Source: Leptospiraceae bacterium | GTDB lineage: Bacteria > Spirochaetota > Leptospiria > Leptospirales > Leptonemataceae | Direction: 5' to 3' | DNA length: 64,000 bases | NCBI GenBank assembly: GCA_040217195.1 | Contig: JAVJNR010000005.1 | Coordinates: 32,001 to 96,000 of the forward strand | Part shown: positions 37,542 through 47,451 of the stretch, piece by piece | How the letters are laid out: every line of letters begins with the position of its first letter | How positions within the stretch are numbered: the stretch's first letter is position 1 | Program-made: the position numbers and the translations under genes | Notes under the pieces: model-generated | Seen by the model: only the letters and a program-made list of their open reading frames with translations | What the model was told of the DNA's origin: nothing | The model's database searches: none

Positions 37542-38897
37542 TCAGGAAATCCTGGATTTAAGAGCCTGTCGCACCTGCTCCACATCGGCAGGAAGGCGTA
37601 CAGGTGAATTTCCGTAAACAGGGCTGACATCGGACAGAGTTCCTTCATGATAGCCGGTCTTGAATTCCGAGAATTTTAATCCATGGGCCGTAGAGATAAC
37701 CACCACACTTTCACTGGATTTAATGGTGCCGGAATCCACCAGCTTTCGAGTGCAGGCAAGAGCTACCCCGGTATGAGGATCGTTGAATAGACCATGAAGA
37801 TCGGCGCCTGCAGCAGCATTGGCCAGTTCATCTTCCGTGGCCTGCTCCACTACACCGTGAAAATCCTGGAGGGCTCGAACGGCACGGGGATAGCTTACCG
37901 GATTTCCAATTTGAATGGCACTTGCCAGAGTCTTGCCGGCCTGGACCTTTTGCAGATCCTGTAAACCTTTCTGATAGCTCAAATATAGCGGATTGGCCCG
38001 CGAAGACTGAGCAACGCAAATCTTGGGTACTCGATCTACCATTCCGTTTTCTTTTAACAGTCTGATTCCCTGCGCCAGGGCGCTAACATTTCCCAGGTTA
38101 CCTCCTGGAATTACAATCCAATCCGGCAACTCCCACATTCGTTGCTGGGCCAGTTCAACACTGATGGTTTTTTGACCTTCAATTCGCAATGGATTCATGG
38201 AATTGGCCAGATAGATGGATTCATCTCTGGTAACCTCTCGCACGATTTCCATACAACCGTCAAAGTCTGTATCCAGACTGACTACAATAGCTCCGTTGGA
38301 TAGAGGCTGCACCAGCTGTGCTGTGGAGATTTTACCTTCTGGTAGAAATACGATTACCGGAATATTGGCTGCCGCTGCATAGGCCGATAGAGCGGCACTG
38401 GTATCGCCGGTGGATGCGCAGGCCACGGCCTTAATTGGAATTCCCCTGGCCCGGAGGGACACTACATGGCTTACAAGCACTGTCATACCCAGATCTTTAA
38501 ATGATCCGGTATGCGAAACTCCGCATTGCTTAACTTCCAGTGAGGCAAGTCCCCATTCTTTTGCCAGCCTGGGCAATGGAATTAGTGGAGTTGCACCTTC
38601 CCCCAGGGATATTACATGCTCCGGGTCTATTTCAGGAAGAACCCATTCCTTTTTGCCCCATACACCGGATGAAAAAGGATATCGGGAATGCCGAAATCTT
38701 GCAGAAAAGGTCTCTTTCCATTTTTCTGCGTCTATTTGCTTTAGAGATTCCAGGTCATGCACTACGTCGATAAGACCATCGCATTTTCTACAACGGTAAA
38801 GTACCTGATGCAGCTCATAGGTCTCTGCGCATTCAATACATTGTAGATGGGCTTTAAAAGGAATGGAGGCAGTTAACTGTTCCATGGTGAGAGTCAA
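37542..38897 (-). CDS. thrC: Threonine synthase
   Basis: SLGEGATPL, SHTGSFKDLG (PLP lysine), CASTGDTSA, NSMNPLRIEGQKT, PGGNLGN and STAHGLKF. Confidence 0.96.
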   Translation of the reverse strand: MTLTMEQLTASIPFKAHLQCIECAETYELHQVLYRCRKCDGLIDVVHDLESLKQIDAEKWKETFSARFRHSRYPFSSGVWGKKEWVLPEIDPEHVISLGEGATPLIPLPRLAKEWGLASLEVKQCGVSHTGSFKDLGMTVLVSHVVSLRARGIPIKAVACASTGDTSAALSAYAAAANIPVIVFLPEGKISTAQLVQPLSNGAIVVSLDTDFDGCMEIVREVTRDESIYLANSMNPLRIEGQKTISVELAQQRMWELPDWIVIPGGNLGNVSALAQGIRLLKENGMVDRVPKICVAQSSRANPLYLSYQKGLQDLQKVQAGKTLASAIQIGNPVSYPRAVRALQDFHGVVEQATEDELANAAAGADLHGLFNDPHTGVALACTRKLVDSGTIKSSESVVVISTAHGLKFSEFKTGYHEGTLSDVSPVYGNSPVRLPADVEQVRQALKSRIS

Positions 38898-38910
38898 AAA
38901 AATGCTCGGA

Positions 38911-39561
38911 TCAAGAAGCGGAAGCCTTTTCCTCTTCTATCTTGATTCGACTGAATGAGAAGATTCCCTTCTTATTTCTGGTTTTGGAATCCAGGCCAGG
39001 AAAGATACGTTTAAGCTCCAGAAGAAACTTCATTTTCTCCTCTCCCATGCGATTCATAACAAAGCGGGTACTTAGTTCAAATTCCACATACTGAATGGGT
39101 CGGCCATCCCGAACCATGGCGGCTATTCGGAATCCGGCCGGGTGTCCAATCAACTCACGGCTTTCAAATACTTCTTTGCCACGCATCATTTCCAGATGAC
39201 GGGCATGGGGCGCTCTAAAGAATACAGGACCGCCGGATTCAACGGTAATCTGGTATTCTTCCAGATCCCTTTCCTTCAAAAAGTCCAGCCTCAGGTGATC
39301 TTCTTTAATTCCCACCAGTCGAGTGGCAACCGTACCATCCAGCTGACCCACAATTACAGTCTTTCGGCGTTCTTTATGATCTATGATGATGTCTTGAATG
39401 TAGCCCTCTTTAGGAGGTGGCGCATTTCTATCCTGCATTGTAGTCAGCACAGGAGCCAGAATGTAACGAAAAAAAGCGAAAAGTAGAAACAGTCCACTGA
39501 CTATGGCCAGGATCCAGAGCAGGATATCCACAGCCAGGGGGATAACGATGCCCGGGGCCAT
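38911..39561 (-). CDS. Hypothetical membrane-anchored protein
   Basis: N-terminal TM helix plus a beta-rich domain; tight operon spacing. Confidence 0.7.
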   Translation of the reverse strand: MAPGIVIPLAVDILLWILAIVSGLFLLFAFFRYILAPVLTTMQDRNAPPPKEGYIQDIIIDHKERRKTVIVGQLDGTVATRLVGIKEDHLRLDFLKERDLEEYQITVESGGPVFFRAPHARHLEMMRGKEVFESRELIGHPAGFRIAAMVRDGRPIQYVEFELSTRFVMNRMGEEKMKFLLELKRIFPGLDSKTRNKKGIFSFSRIKIEEEKASAS

Positions 39562-39562
39562 A

Positions 39563-40111
39563 TCAAGACTTTTGATCCCGCAGGAACTCCAGGACTTTCT
39601 GTCTTGCTTCTTCCGGGGTCAGATCGGGATCCTTCTTAATCCGCCATTCATAGCGAACCATGAATTCCCTGGGCTGCACAATGCCAGATTTAAAACCGAA
39701 TTCGTAGCGCATCAAATCATCCCGGAACATGATACTTGCCTGCCAGGCCCTGGGGGACTTGCCACCTTCATAATCCACATTCTCAATCATTCCAGTCTGG
39801 GGATTCAGCTTCACTCGTAGAAGGCCTTGATGTGTAAAATCCTTGAAATCCCATTTCTCATCGTATTCACGGAAGAGCTTATGGTTTTCTTTTCTGGCCA
39901 GAGGAGCCGGTCGAGCATAGATCTGATCTTCAGCAGCCACCTGCCGCACTATATATTCATTTTCGGTTATCAGTACTCGGAAGACTTCATCTTCTGCCGG
40001 AGCTTCTTTAAAGAATTCATCGTCTACCGCTGTAGGAAACTGAGTTTCCGGAGCAATACAGGCGCCCAGAACTACAATAAGAGCAGACTTGAAGAATAAT
40101 ACCTTTCGCAT
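39563..40111 (-). CDS. Lipoprotein of unknown function
   Basis: Signal MRKVLFFKSALIVVLGAC with lipobox. Confidence 0.75.
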   Translation of the reverse strand: MRKVLFFKSALIVVLGACIAPETQFPTAVDDEFFKEAPAEDEVFRVLITENEYIVRQVAAEDQIYARPAPLARKENHKLFREYDEKWDFKDFTHQGLLRVKLNPQTGMIENVDYEGGKSPRAWQASIMFRDDLMRYEFGFKSGIVQPREFMVRYEWRIKKDPDLTPEEARQKVLEFLRDQKS

Positions 40112-40183
40112 TTGAATTAAGCCTCAAACAGTTGGGCCTGAACTGACCCGGTTTCACCATTAATTGAGACGACACTGGAGCCG

Positions 40184-42901
40184 TCAAGGATCGAGATAGG
40201 CGAGCATTTTTTCCGGCTCCCGGGCATCCTCCGGAGCGGTAACGGACTGAAAGGAGTACTGAACATCAATTGGAGAACTGGAAAGCAAATTGAGCCTTTT
40301 AAACTCCGCCTGGACCTTGCGGATAAATATGTCTGCTTCCTGGGAATTTCGGCCCGGGAGAATAAGAGCAAACCGACCCTGCCCCACCCGGGCCTGGAAA
40401 TCCGAGTCGAATAGCAATCCACCCAGGGACCGAGACAGATCTTGAAGGAAGGATGTTACCGAGTCCGGCTCATTAAGAGAAAGCAATCGCTTCAAATTCT
40501 TCACGCGCACTTCCACCAGAGAGACAGGGGTCTGAAACTGGGCTCCGCGATCCAATTCCTGGCGTAGTCTTTCCATGACCGGTGAAAATGGATCCCGAAA
40601 CAGGGTTTCTCGTTCGCCCAGGATAATACAATTAGCAAGAATGGGAGCAAAGAATTCTGCAGTGGCCAGCACCAGTTCCCGATCGAATTCGGTCCAGGGG
40701 CGGCTCCGATGGATGGTCACAAATCCAACCAGCCAGTTCAAGTTGATCAAAGGTACGATCCAGTAACTCTGCATCAATGCCAGATCATCATTGGAATAGC
40801 AGCTTGTGATTTCCTGGTCATTTCTAAAATCGGCAAAGTCATAGAGACGAGTCAGGTTGGATACAGTACCAATCAGATCCGAGCTAACAGGTAATTGAAA
40901 TTTCTCCAGAGATTCGGGACTGATTTCATTGCCAGCAAAAATTCTATAGGTCTGATCCGGAACATTTAACAGAACCAGAGAGGCGCTTTCAACTCCAAAG
41001 TCATCCTTCAGATGAGAAAGAAGCACATCATAAACATCATCCAGGTTCTTCACCTGGCTGGCTTCCCGACTGGCGCTCAATATTCGCTCATAAAGTTCAA
41101 GTCTAACCTGATTTTGCTCCGATTGCTCATCTCGTTTCAACCGCTGCCGAATTCGCTGCAGAGCACCAGAAGACATTTCGCCCAGCAGTCGTAGATAGTC
41201 CAGGTCATCCAGGGTATAATCCACCCCTTCCATGCTGGGCCCCAGCATAATCAGTCCTGAGTTGCTACCCGGCTGACCGATGGGAGCGATAATCTGAGCA
41301 TTTATGGATTCCAGAATCTCCTTTTCTAGATCGGAAATGGTGGAAGTGGTTTTTTGAAATTCCTGGGCATAATGGATTTCTGAATCCTTCTGCAATGTAT
41401 CATAGATTTCATCTCCTGGCTTCAAAACCCATTCTCCTGGAGTTACTCCCAGGTACGCTACCGGATAATAGAGTTCATTTTTTCCCGATTCATGAGAAGC
41501 AAAGATGATTACCCGACTGGCTCCCAGCTGACCCAGTATGGCGTAGGAAAGGGACTCCCAGAATTCTTCCAATTCCTGAACATCCTGCAACTCACGCAAT
41601 AGATCGAATAAAGCCATGTAGTGGTCTATCTTTCTCTGGGAGGCGATGTGCGCTTCTGCAGGCAAGGTAGTCATTGGATGAGTGTCTTCGTAAAGAAACC
41701 CTTCATCTCGATCAGGTACTGGCGAAGTCTGCAAACCATGGGCTTCCTGTTCTGCCTGCTCCAGAGCCTCCTGTTCCCAGCTAGAAAATGGATCTACCTG
41801 ATCTTCCGATTCATCTGGGCTTTCCAGAGCTGGATCGTCCTTCTCGTCTGAAGCTTTGTATTCCAGATCGAGATCCGGGAATTCGGATTCCTCTGAATGG
41901 TCTGGCTCCTCCATCCTGTCAGGATCCTGGAACTCAGATAATGCCTCGGAATCATCGCTGCTGTCGGGCTCCAGCATCGTCGGCTCATCCGGGCTTTCCG
42001 ACTCAAAGTCAGACGCTTCGATTTTCGCAGACTCGGCAATGGTGGCCTCATCGGACAGATCGGCGAATCCCTCTGCATCCGACATATCATCCAGAGCATG
42101 CATATCAAAAGGAGACTGAAAGTCTTCCATGGCCTCTGCGCTGATTTCAGGTTCAAAGTTGGGTTCCAGATCGGAGCTGGATGCAGCCTCCTGCGCGATT
42201 TGCTGAAACTCATCCTCATCCATCAGATCCACGGATTCATCAAAACGGCTTTCTGTTTCAAACGAATCATCGCTCCGGGAGTCTCCAAAATCCGGGAGAT
42301 CGCCAGACGATCCTGCGAATTCATCGCTGGAAGTGGAGGTGTCAGTAGAGCGGAACTCGGATGCTACGTCCGTTTCTGGACTGGAATCGAACGGAGATCC
42401 CTGAAGCGATGGAGCCGAAGATGAAGCCCGGGTTTGGGGTTCATCCTGGCGCATGGCCGATGCTCTGGCCAGCAGCCCCTTCATATTATCGCGCATGGCC
42501 CTGGCTCGATTTAGCAAACCGGAACCGGATCCAGGATTGGAAGTTCCAGGGTTGGAGGGAGCGCGAGTAGAAGAAAATAATTCTGGATGTTCTCTTGCCT
42601 GTTGCGCTCTTTCCAACAAGCCAGACGGGCGGGTAGAACTGGTATCGGAATTTGTATCTGCAGATTCGGTTCTGGCCTGCTCGGCTCGATGTAATAATCC
42701 ACCGGATTGAGACGAACTAAATTCGGTGTCTTCGAAAGACAGCGGCTGGTCTGCGGATTGTTCTTTTTGTCGGGAGGCGCGCTGCAGCAGGCCGGTGGCT
42801 CCGGATTGTGCGGCAGATTCCGATGATCTGGATTCTCTGGAGGATTCCGTTTCGTTTCCGGAGTTATCCCTGTGCTTTCCGGCTTTGTCCAGTAACCCCA
42901 T
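40184..42901 (-). CDS. GAF-GAF-degenerate GGDEF protein with a long disordered, repeat-bearing N-terminus
   Basis: About 410 aa of Ser/acidic low complexity, two GAF-like segments, and a GGDEF-like fold whose signature reads RVGQGRF. Confidence 0.8.
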   Translation of the reverse strand: MGLLDKAGKHRDNSGNETESSRESRSSESAAQSGATGLLQRASRQKEQSADQPLSFEDTEFSSSQSGGLLHRAEQARTESADTNSDTSSTRPSGLLERAQQAREHPELFSSTRAPSNPGTSNPGSGSGLLNRARAMRDNMKGLLARASAMRQDEPQTRASSSAPSLQGSPFDSSPETDVASEFRSTDTSTSSDEFAGSSGDLPDFGDSRSDDSFETESRFDESVDLMDEDEFQQIAQEAASSSDLEPNFEPEISAEAMEDFQSPFDMHALDDMSDAEGFADLSDEATIAESAKIEASDFESESPDEPTMLEPDSSDDSEALSEFQDPDRMEEPDHSEESEFPDLDLEYKASDEKDDPALESPDESEDQVDPFSSWEQEALEQAEQEAHGLQTSPVPDRDEGFLYEDTHPMTTLPAEAHIASQRKIDHYMALFDLLRELQDVQELEEFWESLSYAILGQLGASRVIIFASHESGKNELYYPVAYLGVTPGEWVLKPGDEIYDTLQKDSEIHYAQEFQKTTSTISDLEKEILESINAQIIAPIGQPGSNSGLIMLGPSMEGVDYTLDDLDYLRLLGEMSSGALQRIRQRLKRDEQSEQNQVRLELYERILSASREASQVKNLDDVYDVLLSHLKDDFGVESASLVLLNVPDQTYRIFAGNEISPESLEKFQLPVSSDLIGTVSNLTRLYDFADFRNDQEITSCYSNDDLALMQSYWIVPLINLNWLVGFVTIHRSRPWTEFDRELVLATAEFFAPILANCIILGERETLFRDPFSPVMERLRQELDRGAQFQTPVSLVEVRVKNLKRLLSLNEPDSVTSFLQDLSRSLGGLLFDSDFQARVGQGRFALILPGRNSQEADIFIRKVQAEFKRLNLLSSSPIDVQYSFQSVTAPEDAREPEKMLAYLDP

Positions 42902-42904
42902 GGA

Positions 42905-44800
42905 TCATTGTATCCCCAGGTCCTGCATTAATTTCTTGTACAGATCAAAGTACTCGGATCGGCTGAATTCTCGAACTGTATCATCTGGCAATTGATCGAA
43001 TAGTCGATCAAGGTATGAGATCATTTTCTTAAGTTCATCTTTGTTCAGTCCTTCTGCCTGAGAAAGACTGTCTGCCAGGGCTTCCTGTCGCTGGCTGGTT
43101 GCTTCCGAAACTTCGTCCTCTGGCTCATCGATGACGATTGCATTTCGTTCCCTTTCTTGTTCATGGGCCGCTACATCTTCACCGGGCATTTCGGAGCCCA
43201 TGACGGAACCGGTTTCTTCGATGGCCTCCTCGGATACATCTTCCAGAATGTTATCCAGCTCCGAGGCAGACAGTGCAATGGTTTCGTCCTCATCCTCATC
43301 CAGAATGGAAGGTGTGGGTCCGAAATCCTCTTCTTGTTCCTGGAAGCCTTCCAGTCCATCGGATTCGGAAACCGGGGCTTCCTCCATGTCTGCAAATTCT
43401 TCAATGCCTGGTTCATCGAAGGCAACAGCTTCCGCCTGTTCGGCTACGGAGTTATCTGATTCTTCCGAGTATTCTTCACCATCGGATACAATGTTTCCCA
43501 GCTCTTCCGGGGTAAGGGTAATGGATTCATCCTCTTCTGCATCCAGAACGGAAAGCGGTGGCGACTGAAAATCCTCATCCGAGAAATCATCACCTTCCAG
43601 TACAGCTTCGCTTAATTCATCGTCCGAGATATCCAGATCGTCCATGTCAGACTGGTCGCCTGCAGCAGGGCCGTCCATTTCCAGTTCATCTTCAAAGACA
43701 GGAAAATCCGTATCTTCGCTTGCAGCGGAAAAATCATCGCCGGATTTTACGGTAACACCATCGCCCAGGCCCAGGTCTTCTTCAGTCGAAAGCTCCGATA
43801 TCTCCTCTCCCATATCATCTTCCATGGAATTTAGAGAAATGCCGGGTAGTTCATCCTCGGGCAAAAGACCTTCTGCAAATTGAGGATCTCCATCTTCAAC
43901 ATCTTCCAGAATATTTCCCAGCTCATCTTCGCTGAGAGCTACCGGACCTTCATCCTCTTCCATATCAGGTACTTCGCCCACTTCCTGATCCCAGTCGGCA
44001 TCTGCAGAGGAAGAAGCGTCTTGCTCGGGAATATCTGCTGAAAAGTCGTTTTCCAGGTCGGAAAAGTCTTCCTGGCTAATGCCTTCCGTATCATCTACAA
44101 ATGCATCTTCCAGGTCGGCTACAGAGGAATCCGAATCCATGGAAATGGATTCGTCTGACATAGAAAAGTCATCGGTTGAGAAATCGTCCATGGAAGAGGA
44201 GCTGGAATCATCCAGACTTTCGCCAAAATCCGGGCCCGCCGAAAAGTCACTTTCGGCCATATCCACTTCTTCCAGACTGGAGCCTTCTAATGGTTCATCG
44301 CTACTGCCTTCTTCATCGGTAGAAAGTATGCGATCCAGTTCATCTTCGCTAAGAGATACCGGACCGTCGTCTTCTTCCATCATGGGAGGCAGAGGTATTT
44401 CATCGTCGGAGGATGTATCAAAATCAGTAAGTTCGTTGCTATCGCTTGACTCAGAACCATCTAATTCCGCAGAATCAAAGGTTTCTTCTTCGAAGCTGGT
44501 ATCGCCCCAGTCCATAGCCTCTGTGCTGGTAGAATCAAAATCTTCGGTGGCTTCGTCAGCAGGCAGGTCATAATCTCCAGTGGCCACCGCATCGGAATCA
44601 ATGTCTGCAAAGGGATCCAGGCCGGAACTTGTTTCGCCTTCAGCGGAAAAGTCCAGATCACCGAATGCCTCATCCAGGTTGCTTTCAGTTTCGTTGTCCA
44701 GCGAGTCCAGGCCGGCAGCTTGTTCCTGGAATTCCAGGTCATCTAATTCCAGGTCTGGCAGATCCGCAAGATCCGAGGAGTTTTGCTTATTCTCTTCCAT
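42905..44800 (-). CDS. Very acidic disordered protein with repeated helical motifs and a small C-terminal helical domain
   Basis: D/E/S-rich with few basic residues until the last ~80 aa; C-terminus ELKKMISYLDRLFDQLPDDTVREFSRSEYFDLYKKLMQDLGI. Confidence 0.8.
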   Translation of the reverse strand: MEENKQNSSDLADLPDLELDDLEFQEQAAGLDSLDNETESNLDEAFGDLDFSAEGETSSGLDPFADIDSDAVATGDYDLPADEATEDFDSTSTEAMDWGDTSFEEETFDSAELDGSESSDSNELTDFDTSSDDEIPLPPMMEEDDGPVSLSEDELDRILSTDEEGSSDEPLEGSSLEEVDMAESDFSAGPDFGESLDDSSSSSMDDFSTDDFSMSDESISMDSDSSVADLEDAFVDDTEGISQEDFSDLENDFSADIPEQDASSSADADWDQEVGEVPDMEEDEGPVALSEDELGNILEDVEDGDPQFAEGLLPEDELPGISLNSMEDDMGEEISELSTEEDLGLGDGVTVKSGDDFSAASEDTDFPVFEDELEMDGPAAGDQSDMDDLDISDDELSEAVLEGDDFSDEDFQSPPLSVLDAEEDESITLTPEELGNIVSDGEEYSEESDNSVAEQAEAVAFDEPGIEEFADMEEAPVSESDGLEGFQEQEEDFGPTPSILDEDEDETIALSASELDNILEDVSEEAIEETGSVMGSEMPGEDVAAHEQERERNAIVIDEPEDEVSEATSQRQEALADSLSQAEGLNKDELKKMISYLDRLFDQLPDDTVREFSRSEYFDLYKKLMQDLGIQ

Positions 44801-44934
44801 GGTAATCCGGATTCCGTGGTATAGTAGATCATCGGCTTCTGGAGGTCAATTTTTGATGGCCCTTGCTGGATTGGACTAAAAAAGGTCCGGTTCTGATAGG
44901 AAAGCAGCCTGGCCCCTTACCTCAGGGCCATTTT

Positions 44935-46425
44935 TCAAGCTTCGTCCGCTTCGTGAACGGCTTCAATTACTTTACGGAACCTTTCTGATAGCGGGGAGTT
45001 TGAAATGCTATCCTTGAATTCCTTCCCGGGTTCCTGGTGGGGAAACCGGAATAGGAATCGGTTTCCCTGGTCTGGTTCAACACCAATGCTGGCCCCCAGT
45101 CTCTCTGCGACCATCAGAATGACCGAGACACCAAAATTGTCTGATCTGTCGGTCCATTTATTCAATGCCCAGGGTTCCCCATCATCAGAAATGGAAAGAA
45201 TTATGTCCTCTTCCGATTTTTCCAGATGAACAGTAATTGTTCCCCTGGTTTGATGCAAGAATGCTTCTCGCAATGATTCCTCCATTACTTCTACGGTAAC
45301 GGCACCCACCCCCAGAATTTGGTTGGAAGAAAGCTCTATGTCTTCGATTTGTGTTTCCAGGGAGACACGGGCACTTTGCCAGCTAGCTGTAATGGTAGAC
45401 CTACAGAGATCTTTCAGGTAGTGTACCGGGGAACGCTCTGATTGGGCCCCGCCAAGGAGACGGTCGTATAATAACCGTAATCCTGCAAGCCTGTTTATAG
45501 CTTCCAATAAAGCTCTGGTCCCTTCCTCCGAGGTCATTTCCCTGGCTCGGATCTTGAGCATTTCTTCAAGGGCTGCAATATGACTTCTGGTTCGACGATA
45601 GAATTCCTGTAGCAATCTTTCTTTCTCTTCCAGCTCTCGTAGTGTTTTCTCCCGAGCAGCAATTTCCTGAGTTACATCATTCGCCACAAAGAGCCGAGCT
45701 TCCCGCTCAGGAAAATCCAGTCCATGCCCGAAGACTTCCGCGAGAATGGTTTCCTGGTTTTTCTTTTGAAAACTCCATAATCCGGACTTTGCATATTCTC
45801 CAGCCAGGGCTCGAAGCTCCTCAGCTCGTCGGCTGAACCGTTCCCGCTCCTCGGGATGCAAAATATCAGACACCTTCATTTTCAGGAATTCCTCTCTGGA
45901 ATATCCGAATTGCTCAGCGGCCGCGTCATTGACGTTGATGATTCGTAGATCTTTGGTTTCATAGACCCACATGGGCAAAGGATTCAGCGCAAAGAGCTGC
46001 CTGTAACGTAACTCTGATTCTCTAGATTTCCTCCTCTGCTCCCTTTCCTGTTTCTGGGAGAGAATAAGACGAAACACCATTTCAATGGAGGCAAGAAGGA
46101 CTACAGGACCTGCCGTTTTGAGTATATAGCCGTAGGAAGTGATTCCCGAAGTTAGCTCTACTGTTTCGCGATCTGTATGAGACGATAAAAAGGCCACCGG
46201 AACATCGTAGGTCTGAAGTATGATCCGGGCTGCTTCGGTTCCCTTCATTCCCGGCCCCAGGTCTATATCCATCAAAACCAGGTCGAACTCATTGTTGCAA
46301 AAATCCAGAGCCTGCTCACCCGTGGCCGCCCAGGTGACACCATAGTTCTGTTTTTCCAGGATTCGCTTTTCAAGCAACGCCGTTGCCTCATCATCCTCAA
46401 CAAGGAGTAATCTTCTGGTTGTCAT
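44935..46425 (-). CDS. REC-PAS-HisKA_2/HATPase hybrid with degenerate kinase motifs
   Basis: Intact receiver (VEDD, LMDIDL, FLSS, YILK) and PAS. H-box reads EFYRRTRSH instead of ExHHRxKNN; N-box reads EVMEESL. Confidence 0.85.
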   Translation of the reverse strand: MTTRRLLLVEDDEATALLEKRILEKQNYGVTWAATGEQALDFCNNEFDLVLMDIDLGPGMKGTEAARIILQTYDVPVAFLSSHTDRETVELTSGITSYGYILKTAGPVVLLASIEMVFRLILSQKQEREQRRKSRESELRYRQLFALNPLPMWVYETKDLRIINVNDAAAEQFGYSREEFLKMKVSDILHPEERERFSRRAEELRALAGEYAKSGLWSFQKKNQETILAEVFGHGLDFPEREARLFVANDVTQEIAAREKTLRELEEKERLLQEFYRRTRSHIAALEEMLKIRAREMTSEEGTRALLEAINRLAGLRLLYDRLLGGAQSERSPVHYLKDLCRSTITASWQSARVSLETQIEDIELSSNQILGVGAVTVEVMEESLREAFLHQTRGTITVHLEKSEEDIILSISDDGEPWALNKWTDRSDNFGVSVILMVAERLGASIGVEPDQGNRFLFRFPHQEPGKEFKDSISNSPLSERFRKVIEAVHEADEA

Positions 46426-47129
46426 AGACTTCCTGCAATCCTCCTCAGGTTGCTCCTGGCGCGCTCATTTACACTGGAGTCTGCTAAAGAAAGATATAAC
46501 TCCTTAATGCAGGCAGATAAAAAGAAACAAGAGATTTTCCAGTCCAGCTTTCTTTGGATTCGGAAATCCAGCCCATGACTGGATATCTCTACATGGATGA
46601 GGCTTCCATCTTTCTTTTGATGTTGCCAGTGGCCTGAATTTGCATACTGCTCAGAATTCCTTTTTAATTCTTCTATTCTTGCCAGCAGCCGGGGTTCTTC
46701 TTCTGGAGGTCTGATATCCCGGAGTCGCCTCCTTTGCTCACTCTCTCTTTCTCTGGCTTCATGGAGTCGAAATACCATCTTGATGGATGCGATGAGAACG
46801 ACTGGACCGGATGTTTTGAGTATGTAACCGTAGGAAGTGATTCCTTCTGTGAGCTCCACGGTGGGACGATCCGTATGAGAGGAAAGAAAGGCAAGAGGCA
46901 GATCGTAGGTGTCCTGAATAATTCTGGCTGCTTCCGTGCCCTTTATGCCCGGACCAAGGTCAATATCCATTAAAACCAGGTCAAATTCCTGGCTGCAGAG
47001 CTCCACAGCCTCTTCCCCGCAGGTAGCAATGGTTACGCAATATCCGTTCTTTTCAAGCGTACGCTTCTGCAGACTGGCCGTAGGTCCGTCATCCTCGACC
47101 AGAAGTATATGAGGCTTTTCTTTTAGCAT
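46422..47129 (-). CDS. Response-regulator receiver plus truncated PAS (eroded paralog of the next gene)
   Basis: Receiver is close to that of 44935-46425; only the second half of the PAS remains. Confidence 0.75.
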   Translation of the reverse strand: MLKEKPHILLVEDDGPTASLQKRTLEKNGYCVTIATCGEEAVELCSQEFDLVLMDIDLGPGIKGTEAARIIQDTYDLPLAFLSSHTDRPTVELTEGITSYGYILKTSGPVVLIASIKMVFRLHEARERESEQRRRLRDIRPPEEEPRLLARIEELKRNSEQYANSGHWQHQKKDGSLIHVEISSHGLDFRIQRKLDWKISCFFLSACIKELYLSLADSSVNERARSNLRRIAGSL

Positions 47130-47341
47130 TATTAGATCTAAGTCGGTAAATGCATGTGAATCTGGGGCCAGCTTAATTTTACATTTTGTCCAAGGATAGT
47201 CAATTGGACGAAAATTGGCCAGTGGCTATGGTGGAGTGGTTCTCCGAAAACACCGAATGTCTCAAGAAAAAATCAAGGTAGTTTCAGCACCGAAGGCATA
47301 ATCCATTGGCTGGATCATAAATAACGTTACAGAGGTACAAT

Positions 47342-47370
47342 AAAAAAGCCCACCAGCAGGCAGGCTTTTT
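47342..47370 (-). terminator. Rho-independent terminator of the atp operon
   Basis: Minus strand AAAAAGCCTGCC-TGCT-GGTGGGC-TTTTTT, about 80 nt after atpC. Confidence 0.75.
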
Positions 47371-47451
47371 AGTGGCAAATTGCCAGAAAGGACTAGCGAT
47401 TCAACTTTCGCGAACCCTGTATCCGCTTAACCTTTCTGGCTACTCAAAGCT

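Noticed and set aside
43131..44879. Ser-rich + strand ORFs in the track
   Set aside because: Antisense shadows of the D/E-rich minus-strand gene.
47231..47300. CACCGAAGGC resembling a glycine riboswitch
   Set aside because: Lacks the GGAGA and CTCTCAGG elements, and no + strand gene follows.
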